Shown: one piece after another, positions 33,866 through 47,800 of the stretch | Layout: each line of letters starts with the position of its first letter | How positions within the stretch are numbered: position 1 is the first letter of the stretch | Assembly (NCBI RefSeq): GCF_964213995.1 | Contig: NW_027590874.1 | Location: 1 to 64,000 of the forward strand | Reading direction: 5' to 3' | Origin: Mustelus asterias | Taxonomy: Eukaryota | Length of the DNA: 64,000 nucleotides | Notes under the pieces: generated by a model | What the model saw: the letters and a program-made list of their open reading frames with translations, nothing else | Databases searched by the model: none | What the model was told of the DNA's origin: nothing | Program-made: the position numbers and the translations under genes

Positions 33866-34581
33866 CGAGACACACAGAGACAGAGAAACACAGAGACAGA
33901 GACAGATACAGAGAAATGCAGAGACAGAGAGACACACACAGATACATAGAGAGATATAAACACAGAGGCAGAGAGAGAGACACAGATCCAGAGAAGTACA
34001 GAGACAGAGAGACACACAGATACAGAGAAATAGAGACAGAGAGAAACAAAGAGAGAGACACAAACACAGAGACAGAGTGAAATATACAAATATACAGAGA
34101 GAGACACAGATACAGAGAAATACAGAGACAGATACACAGAGAGATAGAGACACAGAGAGATAGAGACACAGAGAGACACACAGATACACAGAGAGATAGA
34201 AACAGAGAGACACACAGACACACAGAGAGATAGAGACACAGAGAGACACACAGATACACAGAGAGATAGAGACAGAGAGACACACAGACAGATAGAGACA
34301 CAGAGAGATAGAGACACAGAGAGACACACAGATACACAGAGAGATAGAAACAGAGAGACACACAGACACACAGAGAGATAGAGACACAGAGAGACAGAGA
34401 GACACACAGATACACAGAGAGATAGAGACAGAGAGACACACAGATACACAGTGAGATAGAAACAGAGAGACACACAGATACACAGAGAGATAGAGACACA
34501 GAGAGACGCACAGATACACAGAGAGATAGAGACAGAGAGACACACACATAAACACACCAACAGAGAAATACAGAAAGAGAG
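33866..34581 (+). repeat. Compound (AG/AC/AT) microsatellite; paralogue at 56787-57341
   Basis: Low-complexity GAGACACAGA runs, which explain the Cys/Val/Ser/Leu ORFs. Confidence 0.95.
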
Positions 34582-37325
34582 TTTGGCAAAGTCAGATTTT
34601 ATTTTCCATTCAATATTTATTTACAAATTCAGAGAATATTTGACAGGAAAATTGATTTTAAAGTTAACAAAAGTGAATCTGACCTTTGAGCTTCACAATG
34701 AGATCAGAACCCTCCCCCCCGCTCTGAACTGCCCAATATCTGTACAGCTGTACCAGACACCAGAAAGAGAAAACCAGAGCTCAACATCACGGGAAATGAA
34801 CAATTGTGAACAAGGAACGAGAAAAGTTATTAATTTATACCTGAGATTTAAACTACAGGAAAACTATTAACTACAATTACATTACAACAAAAGTTACCTT
34901 CTACATTTCACACTGAAAACTGAACTACCGCCCACAATTGTCTCAGTGACAGATTCAGAATGATAAACTGAGAGAATTTCACTGTTGGAGTCACCGACAG
35001 CAGATATTGTATTTGTGTCAATCAGGAATCTTAATAATCAGCTGAGGGAAATCTACACCGTCCAAAATTCAACCCATCACTTGATCTATAAAAGAAAGAT
35101 ACAATAATGAAGCAGATGTTTATGATGCGGGACATTAATGTTAGAGTTTTTAATCAATGAATCATTTAGAGATTTTTCAAATCCCTTCTGTCAGTTTGAC
35201 AATCCACTCTGACACCAGTCACATTTCACACTCTCTGCTCAGTCCTGTGTTGGGGGGGTGTTTAGTGTGGGATCAGTGTTTGCTTTTCTCAAACCGCAGT
35301 GATATTCCCAACAAGGGCAAGAGATTTCAGTGTTTAAAAATGTAAAGATTTCAGAACAAAACCAGACAGAGAGTGATGAGGCCTCACACCTTCAATGTAG
35401 TGATTCCCCCTATCTTTCCTTTTGTATATTGCTTCCTTCCTCTGTCTGAAGTATTGGAGACGTCGACATCACTGAAACAATACAATCTCTCGGGACAATC
35501 ACTGTAAACAGCTTCTGGAAACAAATTGACACTTTAATCACCCAAAAAGCTGAATGTCCATTCAAACACCTCCCTCCCCATATCCTTGTAAATGCAAAGA
35601 TAACTCCCATTTCCCCAAAGCAGGAAGATGTGAAATGGAAACATCTTCAGCTTTTTACACACTGCACTTTTCCACGGACCAAAATGTTTCAAAACATTTG
35701 CTGAAGTTTTGTTTTAAACTCTTTATCAATGTCCTTCCAGGTTTAGTGTGAAGGTTTGTGTTCCACACTGAGCCCCTCTCAGTCTCCACACGGAGCTTGT
35801 GTGTGTTGCTGATGCTCCTGTCATTTTGGATGGATACTGTGTGAAGCTGCATTCTCTCCCAGTGAGTTTCTGATCTACTTCACTCTCTCTGCGGCTGGAG
35901 CAATGTCCAGCAGGCAGCAGAGGATGGCAGTGTATCACTGTCAGCACAATATAGACAAACAGCCTTTAGCAAGAGAGGCTTTGACCCTTTTTCAAACCAA
36001 ATCCCCAATTTGATGTTTCCAGCTGCGCTGTTTACAATGCTGCTGAATATTGTGTGTCTTTGGTAAACTGGGATGTGTAGCATTCAGTCACATTAAGTGG
36101 TCAATAAATACGTCAACACTGTGTATATCTTTCTGTGTGTGTGTGTCAGCGTGCATGTGTGTCAATGTATTTAAATCTCAAAGGAAAATAGGAGCAGGTG
36201 TAGGCCATTTGGCCCATCGATCCTGCGCCAGCATTCAAACAGATCATGGTGCACGTACGCACACAAAACACGCACACACCAATACACTCAAAACACGCAC
36301 ACACCAACACACACAAAACACGCACACACACAAAGCACGCACACACACAAAACACACACACACAAGCACACATAAAACACGCACAAAAAGCACACACACA
36401 AATCACACACACAAACAATAAACGCACACACACACAAACACACACACACGCATCAAACACACAGTTATCACTGCTGCCTCACAGCGCCAGGGACTCGGGT
36501 TCGATTCCCGGCTTGGGTCACTGTCTGTGCGGAGTTTGCACATTCTCCCCGTGTCTGCGTGGGTTTCCTCCGGGTGCTCCGGTTTCCTCCCACAGTCTGA
36601 AAGACGTTCTGGTTCGGGTGCATTGGCCGTGCTAAATTGTCCCTCCGCGTCAGGGAGACGAGCTCGGGTAAATGCATGGGGTAATGGGGATAGGGCCTGG
36701 GTGGGATTGTGGTCGGTGCAGACTCAATGAGCCAAATGGCCTCCTTCTGCACTGCAGGAGTCTAGGATTCTATGAAAACACACAGAAACAGATATTCTCA
36801 CCCAGTAACACTCAGACGCACACAGTAATAAACACANNNNNNNNNNNNNNNNNNNNNNNNNNNNNNNNNNNNNNNNNNNNNNNNNNNNNNNNNNNNNNNN
36901 NNNNNNNNNNNNNNNNNNNNNNNNNNNNNNNNNNNNNNNNNNNNNNNNNNNNNNNNNNNNNNNNNNNACACAATCGATTTGCGTCTTGAACATGCTGAAT
37001 GATTGGGCTTCCACATCCCCCTTGAATAGAAAATTCCAAAGATTCACCACCCTCTGAGTGAAGAAATTCCTCCTCATCTCAGTCTTCAATGGTCTGCCCC
37101 TGATTCTGATATTGTGTCCCCTGGTTCTAGTCTCACCAGCCAGGTGAAAAATTCAATCTACATCCACCCTGTCACACCCTGTAAGAATTTTAAGTCTGTT
37201 TCAATGGGATCGCCTCTCAATCTTCAAGGGTTCAAGGCCGACTTCCGGACTTGATGGCCATGGAAGGTGTGCTCATAACGGGGCCAAACAGCTGGATTAT
37301 CAAACAGTAAATCCTGCCGGGATCA

Positions 37326-39620
37326 TGTATCAGTAAACTCTGCCCGAAACCTCTCTCAGTTATTACAATCTGGGCCTGGTATCAGTAATCTCTGCCCGAA
37401 ACCTCTCTCAGTTATTACAATCTGGGCCTGGTATCAGTAATCTCTGCCCGAAACCTCTCTCAGTTATTACAATCTGGGCCTTGTATCAGTAAACTCTGCC
37501 CGAAACCACTCTCAGTTATTACAATCTGGGCCTTGTATCAGTAAACTCTGCCCCAAACCTCTCTCAGTTATTACAATCTGGGCCTTGTATCAGAAATCTC
37601 TGCCCGAAACCACTCTCAGTTATTACAATCTGGGCCTTGTATCAGTAAACTCTGCCCCAAACCTCTCTCAGTTATTACAATCTGGGCCTTGTATCAGTAA
37701 ACTCTGCCCCAAACCTCTCTCAGTTATTACAATCTGGGCCTTGTATCAGTAATCTCTGCCCTAAACCTCTCTCAGTTATTACAATCTGGGCCTTGTATCA
37801 GTAAACTCTGCCCCAAACCTCTCTCAGTTATTACAATCTGGGCCTTGTATCAGTAAACGCTGCCCGAAACCTCTCAGTTATTACAATCTGGGCCTGGTAT
37901 CAGTAAACTCTGCCCGAAACCTCTCTCAGTTATTACGATATGGGCCTGGTATCAGTAATCTCTGCCCGAAACCTCTCTCAGTTATTACAATCTGGGCCTT
38001 GTATCAGTAAACTCTGCCCGAAACCACTCTCAGTTATTACAATCTGGGCCTGGTATCAGTAAACTCTGCCCCAAACCTCTCTCAGTTATTACAATCTGGG
38101 CCTTGTATCAGAAATCTCTGCCCGAAACCACTCTCAGTTATTACAATCTGGGCCTTGTATCAGTAAACTCTGCCCCAAACCTCTCTCAGTTATTACAATC
38201 TGGGCCTTGTATCAGTAAACTCTGCCCCAAACCTCTCTCAGTTATTACAATCTGGGCCTTGTATCAGTAATCTCTGCCCTAAACCTCTCTCAGTTATTAC
38301 AATCTGGGCCTTGTATCAGTAAACTCTGCCCCAAACCTCTCTCAGTTATTACAATCTGGGCCTTGTATCAGTAAACGCTGCCCGAAACCTCTCAGTTATT
38401 ACAATCTGGGCCTGGTATCAGTAAACTCTGCCCGTAACCTCTCTCAGTTATTACGATATGGGCCTTGTATCAGTAAACTCTGCCCGAAGCCTGTCTCAGT
38501 TATTACAATCTGGGCCTTGTATCAGTAAACTCTGTCCGAAACCTCTCTCAGTTATTACAATCTGGGCCTTGTATCAGTAAACTCTGCCTGAAACCTCTCT
38601 CAGTTATTACAATCTGGGCCTTGTATCAGTAATCTCTGCCCTAAACCTCTCTCAGTTATTACAATCTGGGACTTGTATCAGTAATCTCTGCCCTAAACCT
38701 CTCTCAGTTATTACAATCTGGGACTTGTATCAGTAATCTCTGCCCTAAACCTCTCTCAGTTATTACAATTTGGGCCTTGTATCAGTAATCTCTGCCTGAA
38801 ACCTCTCTCAGTTATTACAATTTGGGCCTTCTTTCAGTAATCTCTGCCTGAAACCTCTCTCAGTTATTACAATCTGGGCCTGGTATCAGTAATCTCTGCC
38901 CTAAACCTCTCTCAGTTATTACAATCCGGGCCTTGTATCAGTAAACTCGGCCCGAAACCTCTCTCAGTTATTACAATCTGGGCCTTGTATCAGTAATCTC
39001 TGCCCTAAACCTCTCTCAGTTATTACAATCTGGGCCTTGTATCAGCAATCTCTGCCCTAAACCTCTCTCAGTTATTACGATCTGGGCCTTGTATCAGTAA
39101 TATCTGCCCGAAACCTCTCTCAGTTATTACAATCTGGGCCTGGTATCAGTAATCTCTGCCCTAAACCTCTCTCAGTTATTACAATCTGGGCCTGGTATCA
39201 GTAATCTCTGCCCGAAACCTCTCTCAGTTATTACAATCTGGGCCTTGTATCAGTAATCTCTGCCCTAAACCTCTCTCAGTTATTACAATCTGGGCCTTGT
39301 ATCAGCAATCTCTGCCCTAAACCTCTCTCAGTTATTACAATCTGGGCTTTGTATCAGTAATCTCTGCCATAAATCTCTCTCAATTATTACAATTTGGGCT
39401 TTATATCAGTAATCTCTGCCATAAACCTTTTTCAGTTATTACAATCTGGGCACTGTATCAGTAATCTCTGCCCTACAACTCTCTCAGTTATTACAATCTG
39501 GTCTTTGTATCAGTAAACCTTGCCCTAAACCTCTCTCAGTTATTACAATCTGGGCCTTGTATCAGTAAAGTCAGCCTGAAACCTCTCAGTTATTATAATC
39601 TGGGCCTTGTATCAGTAAGC
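37326..39620 (+). repeat. 52-bp minisatellite, ~44 units
   Basis: Head-to-tail units with no unique spacers. Confidence 0.97.
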
Positions 39621-42574
39621 TCTTCCCTTCAGCTGATTGGAGAATATCATTGTGAATATTACTGAGTTTGGGATGTAATATTTTCCTGCTGTTGCCAATA
39701 TGGCTGTTTTTAACATAGTTTCTGGGATCCTCCAGTCTCCCCTCAGCAGCTTTCTGGGCAGTGAGAGGTGACACACCGTTCACTAGCAGAGGGAGTTTTT
39801 GGTCCTGTCGCTGTCAATGGGATTTCCCATTGAAGTCACCTCACGCTAGCAGGAAACCAGAGGCAGGGGAACGAGAGCAGAGAATTCCCCACGAGTGAAC
39901 AGCCGGAGAATCCCGGACAGTCGCTCCTTTCCCAGTTATCACTGCACTCAACCCAGTCGCTGTTTATACGCTCAGTTGTCTCAGTGAATACTACATTACA
40001 CCATGCTGCTGTGGACACTACAATCAACCCTTTTTGAGTTCTCACTGTATTAATACCATGTATGGATTGATATTTCATTGGACAATGTGCTGGGTTAGAT
40101 GAATATTTATTGATTCTTGTGATGTGGGTGTCACTGGCTAGGTCAGCATTTATTGCCCATTCCTAGTTGCCCTGGAGGAGGTGGTGGTGAGCTGCCGTCT
40201 TGAACCCGCTGCTGTCTATGTGGTGTAGGTACACCCACAGTGCTGTTAGGGAGGGAACCTGCTTAAATTATCACTGCATTTAACCATGTCACTCTTTATA
40301 AAAAATAAACTAGACCATGTCTGGGTAATGAATGTGGAGCATGTCTCCATTTCTCTTTACCTCAGCACTGTATCTGTGTATATAACACTTTATACAGTTT
40401 CAATGTTATTTATTAGTGTCACAAGTAGGCTTACATTAACACTGCAATGAAGTTGCTGTGAAAATCCCCTAGTTGCCACACTCCGGCGCCGTTCGGCTTC
40501 ACTGAGGGAGAATTTAGCACGGCCAATCCACCGAACAGCATGTCTTTCAGACTGTGGGAGGAAACCGGAGCACTCGGAGGAAACCCAGACACGGGGAGAA
40601 CATGCAGACTCCACACAGACAGTGACGCAAGTCGGGAATCGAACCCGGGTCCCTGGCGCTGAGAGGCTGCAGTGCTAACCACTGCACCACCCCTATAAAC
40701 TAGATACAGTTTCTCTTCTTAATGCATGGGGCCATCCCTCTGTATATACTACAATTGGTCTTTACTTAGTTATTGCTTCACTCAACTATGTCACTGTTTC
40801 CAATGCACTCAGTGAAGTCACAGTTATTAACGCACGCAGCCATGCCTCTATCTACACCACACCCGACAATTTCTAAGCTGTTGCTGCACTTCCCCAGGAA
40901 TAGATTTGATCTGTTTCTCTTACATTCAGCATCATCGGTGATACTGCTGTGTTCGGCCTTGTTTCATTCATTACTCAACTCACCTGTGTCTCAGTTTTAT
41001 TTTACACAAGTTCCTGTCTTTCTTATTCCTACATTCTACCCTGTTTCAGTTGTTACTGCACTGAAAAATCTCTCTGTTAGATAGACAGAGAAAGAGAGTC
41101 AGCTGGATGGATAGACGAATATTCCTTTAAAGTTATATATTTGTGTGGGTCAGCTGGTGCCACCACTCTTGTTTGGAACGGTTTTTGTTTGGTCTTGTTA
41201 CCAGCTATTGGGTGTTGTGTGAAATGTCCAATTGCTCCAGTATTGTGTGTGTAATATTGGTGTTGAAAGATTGGGTGAATTTCGCTCGAGTCTCTTGGAG
41301 ATGAGCAGAAATTGAGGAAGGGAAATAAAGTTGAACATCGGTAAAGGGAAAGTGACCACAGTCCCAGATGACGATCTGCTGCTCTCCCCTTTGAGGGGGA
41401 GAACTCACTGGCGGTGATTTACCACACCTCAGGCCAGGGGAAAGGTTGAAAGGGTTGGGCTTTCATGACGTGTTGGAGACTTTGTGCATCTCAGACCAGC
41501 TGTCCAGCCAACTGAGTGAACCAACTTCCATATTGCCACATTTCAATGCATGTTGCACAACCTGGTCACAAACTATTGCATTGGAGATTACTCACTGATA
41601 TTGGGATTGATCTGTGACAATTCTCACAGTCGCGTATGTGTGCAGGAGTTCCTCAGGGTGAGTGTCCGAGGCCCCAACCATCTTCAGCTGCTCCAACGCT
41701 GACCTTCCCTCCATCACAAGGTCTGAAGTGGGGATGTTCGCTGATGATTGCACAATGTTCAGCACCATACGCAACTCCTCAGATACTGAAACAGAAAATA
41801 AGGACATACCAAACAGGTCAGGCAGCATCTGTGGAGAGAGAAACAGATTCTGGGACCAGGGGGACTGAGAGACAGGCAGATTGAGAAAAATATGCACACA
41901 CACTAACACTCACACTCAGACAGCCTAAAACTAAACAGATATATAATGGAGGAGGAATCCCTTCTCTCTCTGTAAATAGACATTAACTAGATTTCTCTTC
42001 CAAAAAGACAGCACATCTGGATGGGCAGAATAGTCTCCAATTCTACCCATGGTCCTTTTCTGATCTCCATTCTTCACATCTGCACACGTTGGCTTCAGCT
42101 CCAGTTTGTGAATGAAAGCAAACCCCTGTTCATTACAAATCCACTCAGCCTTTTCCCTCTGCTCTCTCCACACACAATCTACAAGACACAAACAGGAAAC
42201 ATGGATTCCAGGAGAGAAAGGTCACACCTGATCCTCCTCTCAATGGATTCTCTGTCGCCAGAGAGAACATTCCAGCTCCTACAGAAAGTCACAACTGATT
42301 AATGTCAGGGACAGAATTGGAATGAATTAGACACAAGAGAGATGAAAGGTTTCTGCTCATCATAAAAAGCTAAAGAGTCACTCAATGTCATTAAGGGAGA
42401 GACCTCGCTGGTCTATCTTTGACCCAAGTCACACACTGACTCTGAATGTCCTCACAGCAACTTGGGGGATGGACATTTCTAAAGTACTATTCATGGCTTT
42501 AGGGTTTCCAAAAGCGTTTCACCGACAATGGAGCGCTTTTGAAATGTTGTCAGTGTTATTTAGGAAATGAGCAA

Positions 42575-45500
42575 ACTTTTGACGCCACATGCATTGAGTT
42601 TAAAAATTGGCAAGCCATGTTGCAGCTTTATAGAACCATTGTTAGGCCGCACTTGGAATATAGTGTTCAATTCTGATCGACACACTACCAGAAAGATGTG
42701 GAGGCTTTGGAGACGGTACAGAAAAGATTTACCAGGATGTTGCCTGGTATGGAGGGCATTAGCTATGAGGAGAGGTTGGAGAAACTTGGTTTGTTCTCAC
42801 TGGAACGACGGAGGTTGAGGGGGCGACCTGATAGAAATCTACAAGATTATGAGGGGCATGGACAGAGTGGATAGTCAGGAGCTTTTTCCCAGGGTTGAAG
42901 AGTCAATTACTAGGGGGCACAGGTTTAAGGTGTGAGGGACAAGGTTTAAAGGAGATGTACGAGGCAAGTGTTTTACACAGAGGGTGGTGGGTGCCTGGAA
43001 CTCGCTGCTGGGAGAGGGAGTGGAAGCAGATACAATAATGAGTTTTAAGGGGCGTCTGGAGAAATACAAGAATAGGATGGGAATAGAGGGATATGGTCCC
43101 TGGAAGGGTCGGTGTTTTTAGTTCACACATGGTTGGTGCAGGCTTGGAGGGCCGAAGGGCCTGTTCTTGTGCTGTAATTTTCTTTATTCTAATTTCAGAG
43201 AGAGATATATACAGATACAGAGCCATAGAGAGACAGAAACAGGATGGGATTGTGCTGTACATGTTTCCGAGCTGACATTGAGACACACACGAGATGTACA
43301 CCAATGATTTGGATGAGGGAACCAAAAATAATATTTCCAAGTTTGCTGATGCCATGAAACTTGTTGGGAATGTGAGTAGTGAGAAGGATGTTAAAATGTT
43401 TCACAGTGACTTCAGAAAATTGAGTGAATGGGTAAATGCACGGCAGATGCTGTATAACGTGGACAAACGAGAATTTAACTACTTCGGACAGAGAAGCAGA
43501 ATGGCAGAGGATGATTTAAATGGTGATAGATTGGGAAATGTTGATATACAAAGGGACCTGGGTGTCCCAGTACACCAGAGACTGAAAGCAAGCATGCAGC
43601 TACAGCAAACAGTTAGGAAGGCAAATGATATGTTGGCCTTCATTGCAAGAGAACTTGAGGAAAGGAGCAAGGATGTCTTACTGCAGCTGTACAGGCCCTC
43701 GGTGAGACCACACCTGGAATATTGTGTACAGTTTTTGTCTCTGTAACTATGAAATGCTGCACTTACCATAGAGGGAGAGCAGCGGAGGCACACCAGACTG
43801 ATTCCTGGGATGGCAGGATTGTCGTATGAGGAGAGATTGAGTCGACTGGGCCTGTATTCACTGGAGTTCCGAAGAATGAGAGGGGGTCGAATTGAAATGT
43901 GTAAATTCTGACTGGGCTGGAGTGACTGAATACAGGGATGTTGTTTCCTCCAGCTGAGGGGCTGAGGGGGTGGGGAGAGGGGGGGGGGGGGGTGGGGGGG
44001 GGCGGGGGAGAGGCTGGAACAAGGGGTCACAGATGGTGAAACTTTGCAATATGTTTAATCAGTAGAAACCTATCCATCTCAGTCTGTGAACGATGACTGA
44101 GCCTCCACAGCCCCCTGGGATAGGGAATTCCAAAGATTCACCATCCTGCAAGCACATGGAATTCAGGAAAACTTGGCGAGATGGATCGGAAACTGGTTTA
44201 GTAATTGGACACAAAGGGTGGTGTTGGAAGGCTGTTTGAGTGGCTGGAGGCCGGTGTCCAGTGGTGCCACAAGGCTCCGTGCTGGGGGGCTTGTTGTTGT
44301 TATACATAAATGAGACAGATGATAATGTGGGGGCAATGATAAGCAAGGTTCCAGATGACACCAAGATTGGTAGGATGGTTCATAGTGAAGAAGGTTGTAG
44401 GTTACAGGAAGATATCGCTGGGTTGGTCAGATAGGCAGAGCAGTGGCAGATGGTATTTGACCCTGATAGGTGCGAGGTGATGCACTTTGGAAGCAGTAAC
44501 AAGGCAAGGGAGTATTTAATGAGTTGCAGGACACTGGGAAGCTCAGAGGAACATATGGATCTTGGGCAATTATTCACAGATCCCTGAAGGCAGCAGAGCA
44601 GGTGAATCAAGTGGTAAAGAAGGCAGATGAGACACTTGCTTTAACCAGTCATGGCGCAGAGTAGAAGAGCAAAGAGTTAATGTTGGAGTTGTACAGAGCG
44701 TTGGTTAGGCCACAGCTGGAGTACCGTGTGCAGATCTGGTCACCACACCAGAGGAAGGATATGATAGCACTAGAGGGGGTACAGAGGAGGCTCAGCAGCA
44801 AGTTGCCTGGGATGGAGTATTTGAGCTATAAGGAGAGACTGGATAGGTTTGGATTGTTTTCTTTAGAGCAGAGAAGGCTGATTGAGGTGTGTAAGATTAT
44901 GAGGGGTATGGACAGGGTGAATAGGAAACAGCTGTTCCCCTTGGTTGAGGGATCAATCATGAGGGGACATAGTTTTAGGGCAAAGGGCAGGAGATTCAGA
45001 GGAGAGTTGAGAAAAACATTCACTCAGAGGGTGATGGGAATCAGGAATGTACTGCCTGGGAAGGCAGTGGAGGTCGGAAACCTTACAACCTTTCAAAAGC
45101 ATTTGGATGAGCACTTGAAACATCACAACATTCAAAGATATGGTACAAGAGATGGAAAATTGGATGAGCACAACTTTAGTGGTAGTTACTGTTGGTGCAG
45201 ACTCAATGGGTCGAAGGGCCTTTTCTTCACTGTACCACTCTATGACTCTGAGGGAAGAAATTCCTCCTCACAGGAAGCAGAGAGTCGGAATAAATGGGTG
45301 CTTTTCTGGTTGGCGGATGGTAACTAGTGGCGTGCCGCAGGGATCGGTACTGGGGCCTCAACTATTTACCATTTATATCGACGATCTGGAGGAGGGGACG
45401 GAGTGTAGGGTAACAAAGTTTGCAGACGACACAAAGATAAGTGGAAAAGTGAATCGTGTGGAGGGCGTAGAAGGTCTGCAGAGAGATTTGGACAGGCTGA

Positions 45501-47800
45501 GTGAGTGGGCGAGGATCTGGCAGATGGAGTATAACGTTGACAAATGCGAGGTTATTCACTTTGGAGGAAATAATAGTAAATTGGATTATTATCTAAATGG
45601 AAAAAAATTACAACATGCTGCTGTGCAGAGGGACCTGGGGGTCCTTGTGCATGAGACGCAAAAACCCAGTCTGCAGGTGCAACAGGTGATCAAGAAGGCA
45701 AACGGGATGTTGGCATTTATCGCGAGGGGGATAGAATATAAAAGCAGAGATGACTTGCTGCATCTGTACAGGGCATTGGTGAGGCCGCAGCTGGAATACT
45801 GTGTGCAGTATTGGTCCCCTTATTTGCGGAAGGATATATTGGCCTTGGAGGGAGTGCAGAGAAGGTTCACCAGGTTGATACCAGAGATGAGGGGTGTTCA
45901 TTATCAGGAGAGACTGATGGAAACATCCTTCCTGTATCTACTCAGCTAATGTTTGGGGGTTGGGGAGAGTTATAGAACAAAGAGATCTCGGGGTACAGGT
46001 TCATAGCTTCTTGACAGTGGAGTCACAGGTGGACAGAGTGGTGAAGAAGGCATTCAGCATGTTTGGTTTCATTGGTCAGAACATTGAATACAGGAGTTGG
46101 GACGTCTTGTTGGAGTTGTACAAGACATTGTTAAGGCCACGCTGGGAATACTGTGTACAGTTCTGGTCACCCTATTTTAGAATGGATATTATTAAACTAG
46201 AAAGAGTGCAAAAAAGATTTACTAGGATGCTACCGGGACATGATAGTTTGGGTTTTAAGGAGAGGTTGCACAGACTGGGACTTTTTTCCCTGTAGCGTAG
46301 AAGACTGAGGGGTGATTTTATAGAGGTCTATAAAATAATGAGGGGCATAGATCAGCGAGATAGTCAATATCTTCTCCCAAAGGTAGGGGAGTCTAAAACT
46401 AGAGGGCATAGGTTTAAGGTGAGAGGGGAGAGATACAAAAGGGTCCAGAGGGGCAATTCTTTTCACACAGAGGGTGGTGAGTGTCTGGAATGAGCTGCCA
46501 GAGGTAGTAGTAGAGGCGGGTACAATTTTATGTTTTAAAAAGCATTTAGACAGTTACATGGGTAAGATTGGTATAGAGGGATATGGGCGAAACACAGGCA
46601 ATTGTGATTAGCTTAATGGTAAAAACTGGGCGGCATGGACAAGTTGGGCCAAAGCGCGTTTCCATGCTGTAAACCTCTATGACGCGACCCTGCTGAGCCC
46701 TGTAAGAATTGTCCAAGTTTGAATGAGGTCACCTCTCATGCTTCTCAAGTGCCTAAAGTAAAAGTCCAGTTTATTTTCCTTCCTCAGAGGACAATCCCTC
46801 CATCCCAGGAATTAATGCAGTGAAATGTCATTGAAGTCCCTCTCGGACAAGAATGTCTTTCCTTAGGTAAGAGGATAAAACTGTCCACAACACTCCGTGT
46901 GTGGTTTCACCACTAATTCAGCCTCTCCCACATCCCCTTGAAGAGTCTACATCCTCCTCACAACTCACACTTCCACCTGCTTTCATGTCATCTGCAAACT
47001 GGGAAATATTACATTTGATCCCAAACGCCCAAATCAATGATATGGATTGTGAATAGCTGGGCTCCCGAGTACTGATCCTTGTGATAAGCCGCTGGTCACA
47101 GCCTGCCACCCTGAAAATGACCCATTTGTACCTCAGCTCTGTTTTCTGTCCGTTAACCATTTCTCAATTCATGCCGGTATTATCAGGGTAAATACGTTGC
47201 ATCACGGGGACAGGGCCTGGGTGGGAATGTTGTTAGCGCAGGCTCGATGGGCTGTATGGCCTCCTTCTGCACTGTAGGGATTCCATGATTCTAATATGTA
47301 CATACGTCAGTGAAGGTGGCAGGGCACTTTGAGAGAGCAGTAAATGAAGTATATGGTATCCCAGCTTTTATTAATGGAGGAATTGAGGACAAGAGTAAGG
47401 AGTTCATATTGAACTTGTATGAGACACTTGTTAGGCCTCATCTGGAGACTGCGCCCAGTTCTGGGCACCGTACTTGAGGAGGGATGTGAAGACATTGGAG
47501 AGAGTGCAGAGGAGATTCACAAGAATGATTCCAGGGAATAAGATCCGTAGCTACGAGGGTAGATTGGAGAGGTTGGGACTGTTTTCCTTGGAGAAAAGAA
47601 GGCTGAGGTGAGACTTGAAAGAGAGCTTCAAGATCCTAAGGGGTATCCACAGGTTAAAGAGTGAGAAACTCTTCCCTCTCAAGAGATGGTGATGAACTAG
47701 AGGGCACAGATTCTAAATGATGGGGAAATGGATCAGAAGTGAAGTGAGGAAAAGCACTTCATCAAGAGGGTGTTTGGAATCTGGAACAATCTTCCTGAAA
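42575..47800 (+). mobile_element. Stack of at least six 5'-truncated CR1-clade LINE fragments, mostly plus strand
   Basis: Repeated [13 protein letters not shown] blocks near 42640, 43700, 44700, 45780, 46130 and 47430. RT core GVPQGSVLGPQLFTIYIDDL...KFADDTK at ~45275-45915. Confidence 0.92.

Larger units (their letters stand above)
26748..41532 (+). repeat. Segmental duplication copy A (direct repeat of 52743-63830)
   Basis: Near-identical colinear sequence from CTAGGAAACAATG to AACTTCCATA, apart from indels and array lengths. Confidence 0.95.

Noticed and set aside
33831-34589. Long Cys/Val/Ser/Leu or Thr/His-rich ORFs (also at 31.5, 36, 49.5, 56.7 and 58.8 kb)
   Set aside because: These are translations of dinucleotide microsatellites.
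37326-39620. CRISPR-like array
   Set aside because: Units are head-to-tail with no unique spacers, there are no cas genes, and the context is vertebrate.
41990-42278. Two minus-strand mini-exons (42278-42228 and from 42125)
   Set aside because: The second acceptor lacks a pyrimidine tract and no translation resembles a protein I recognise.
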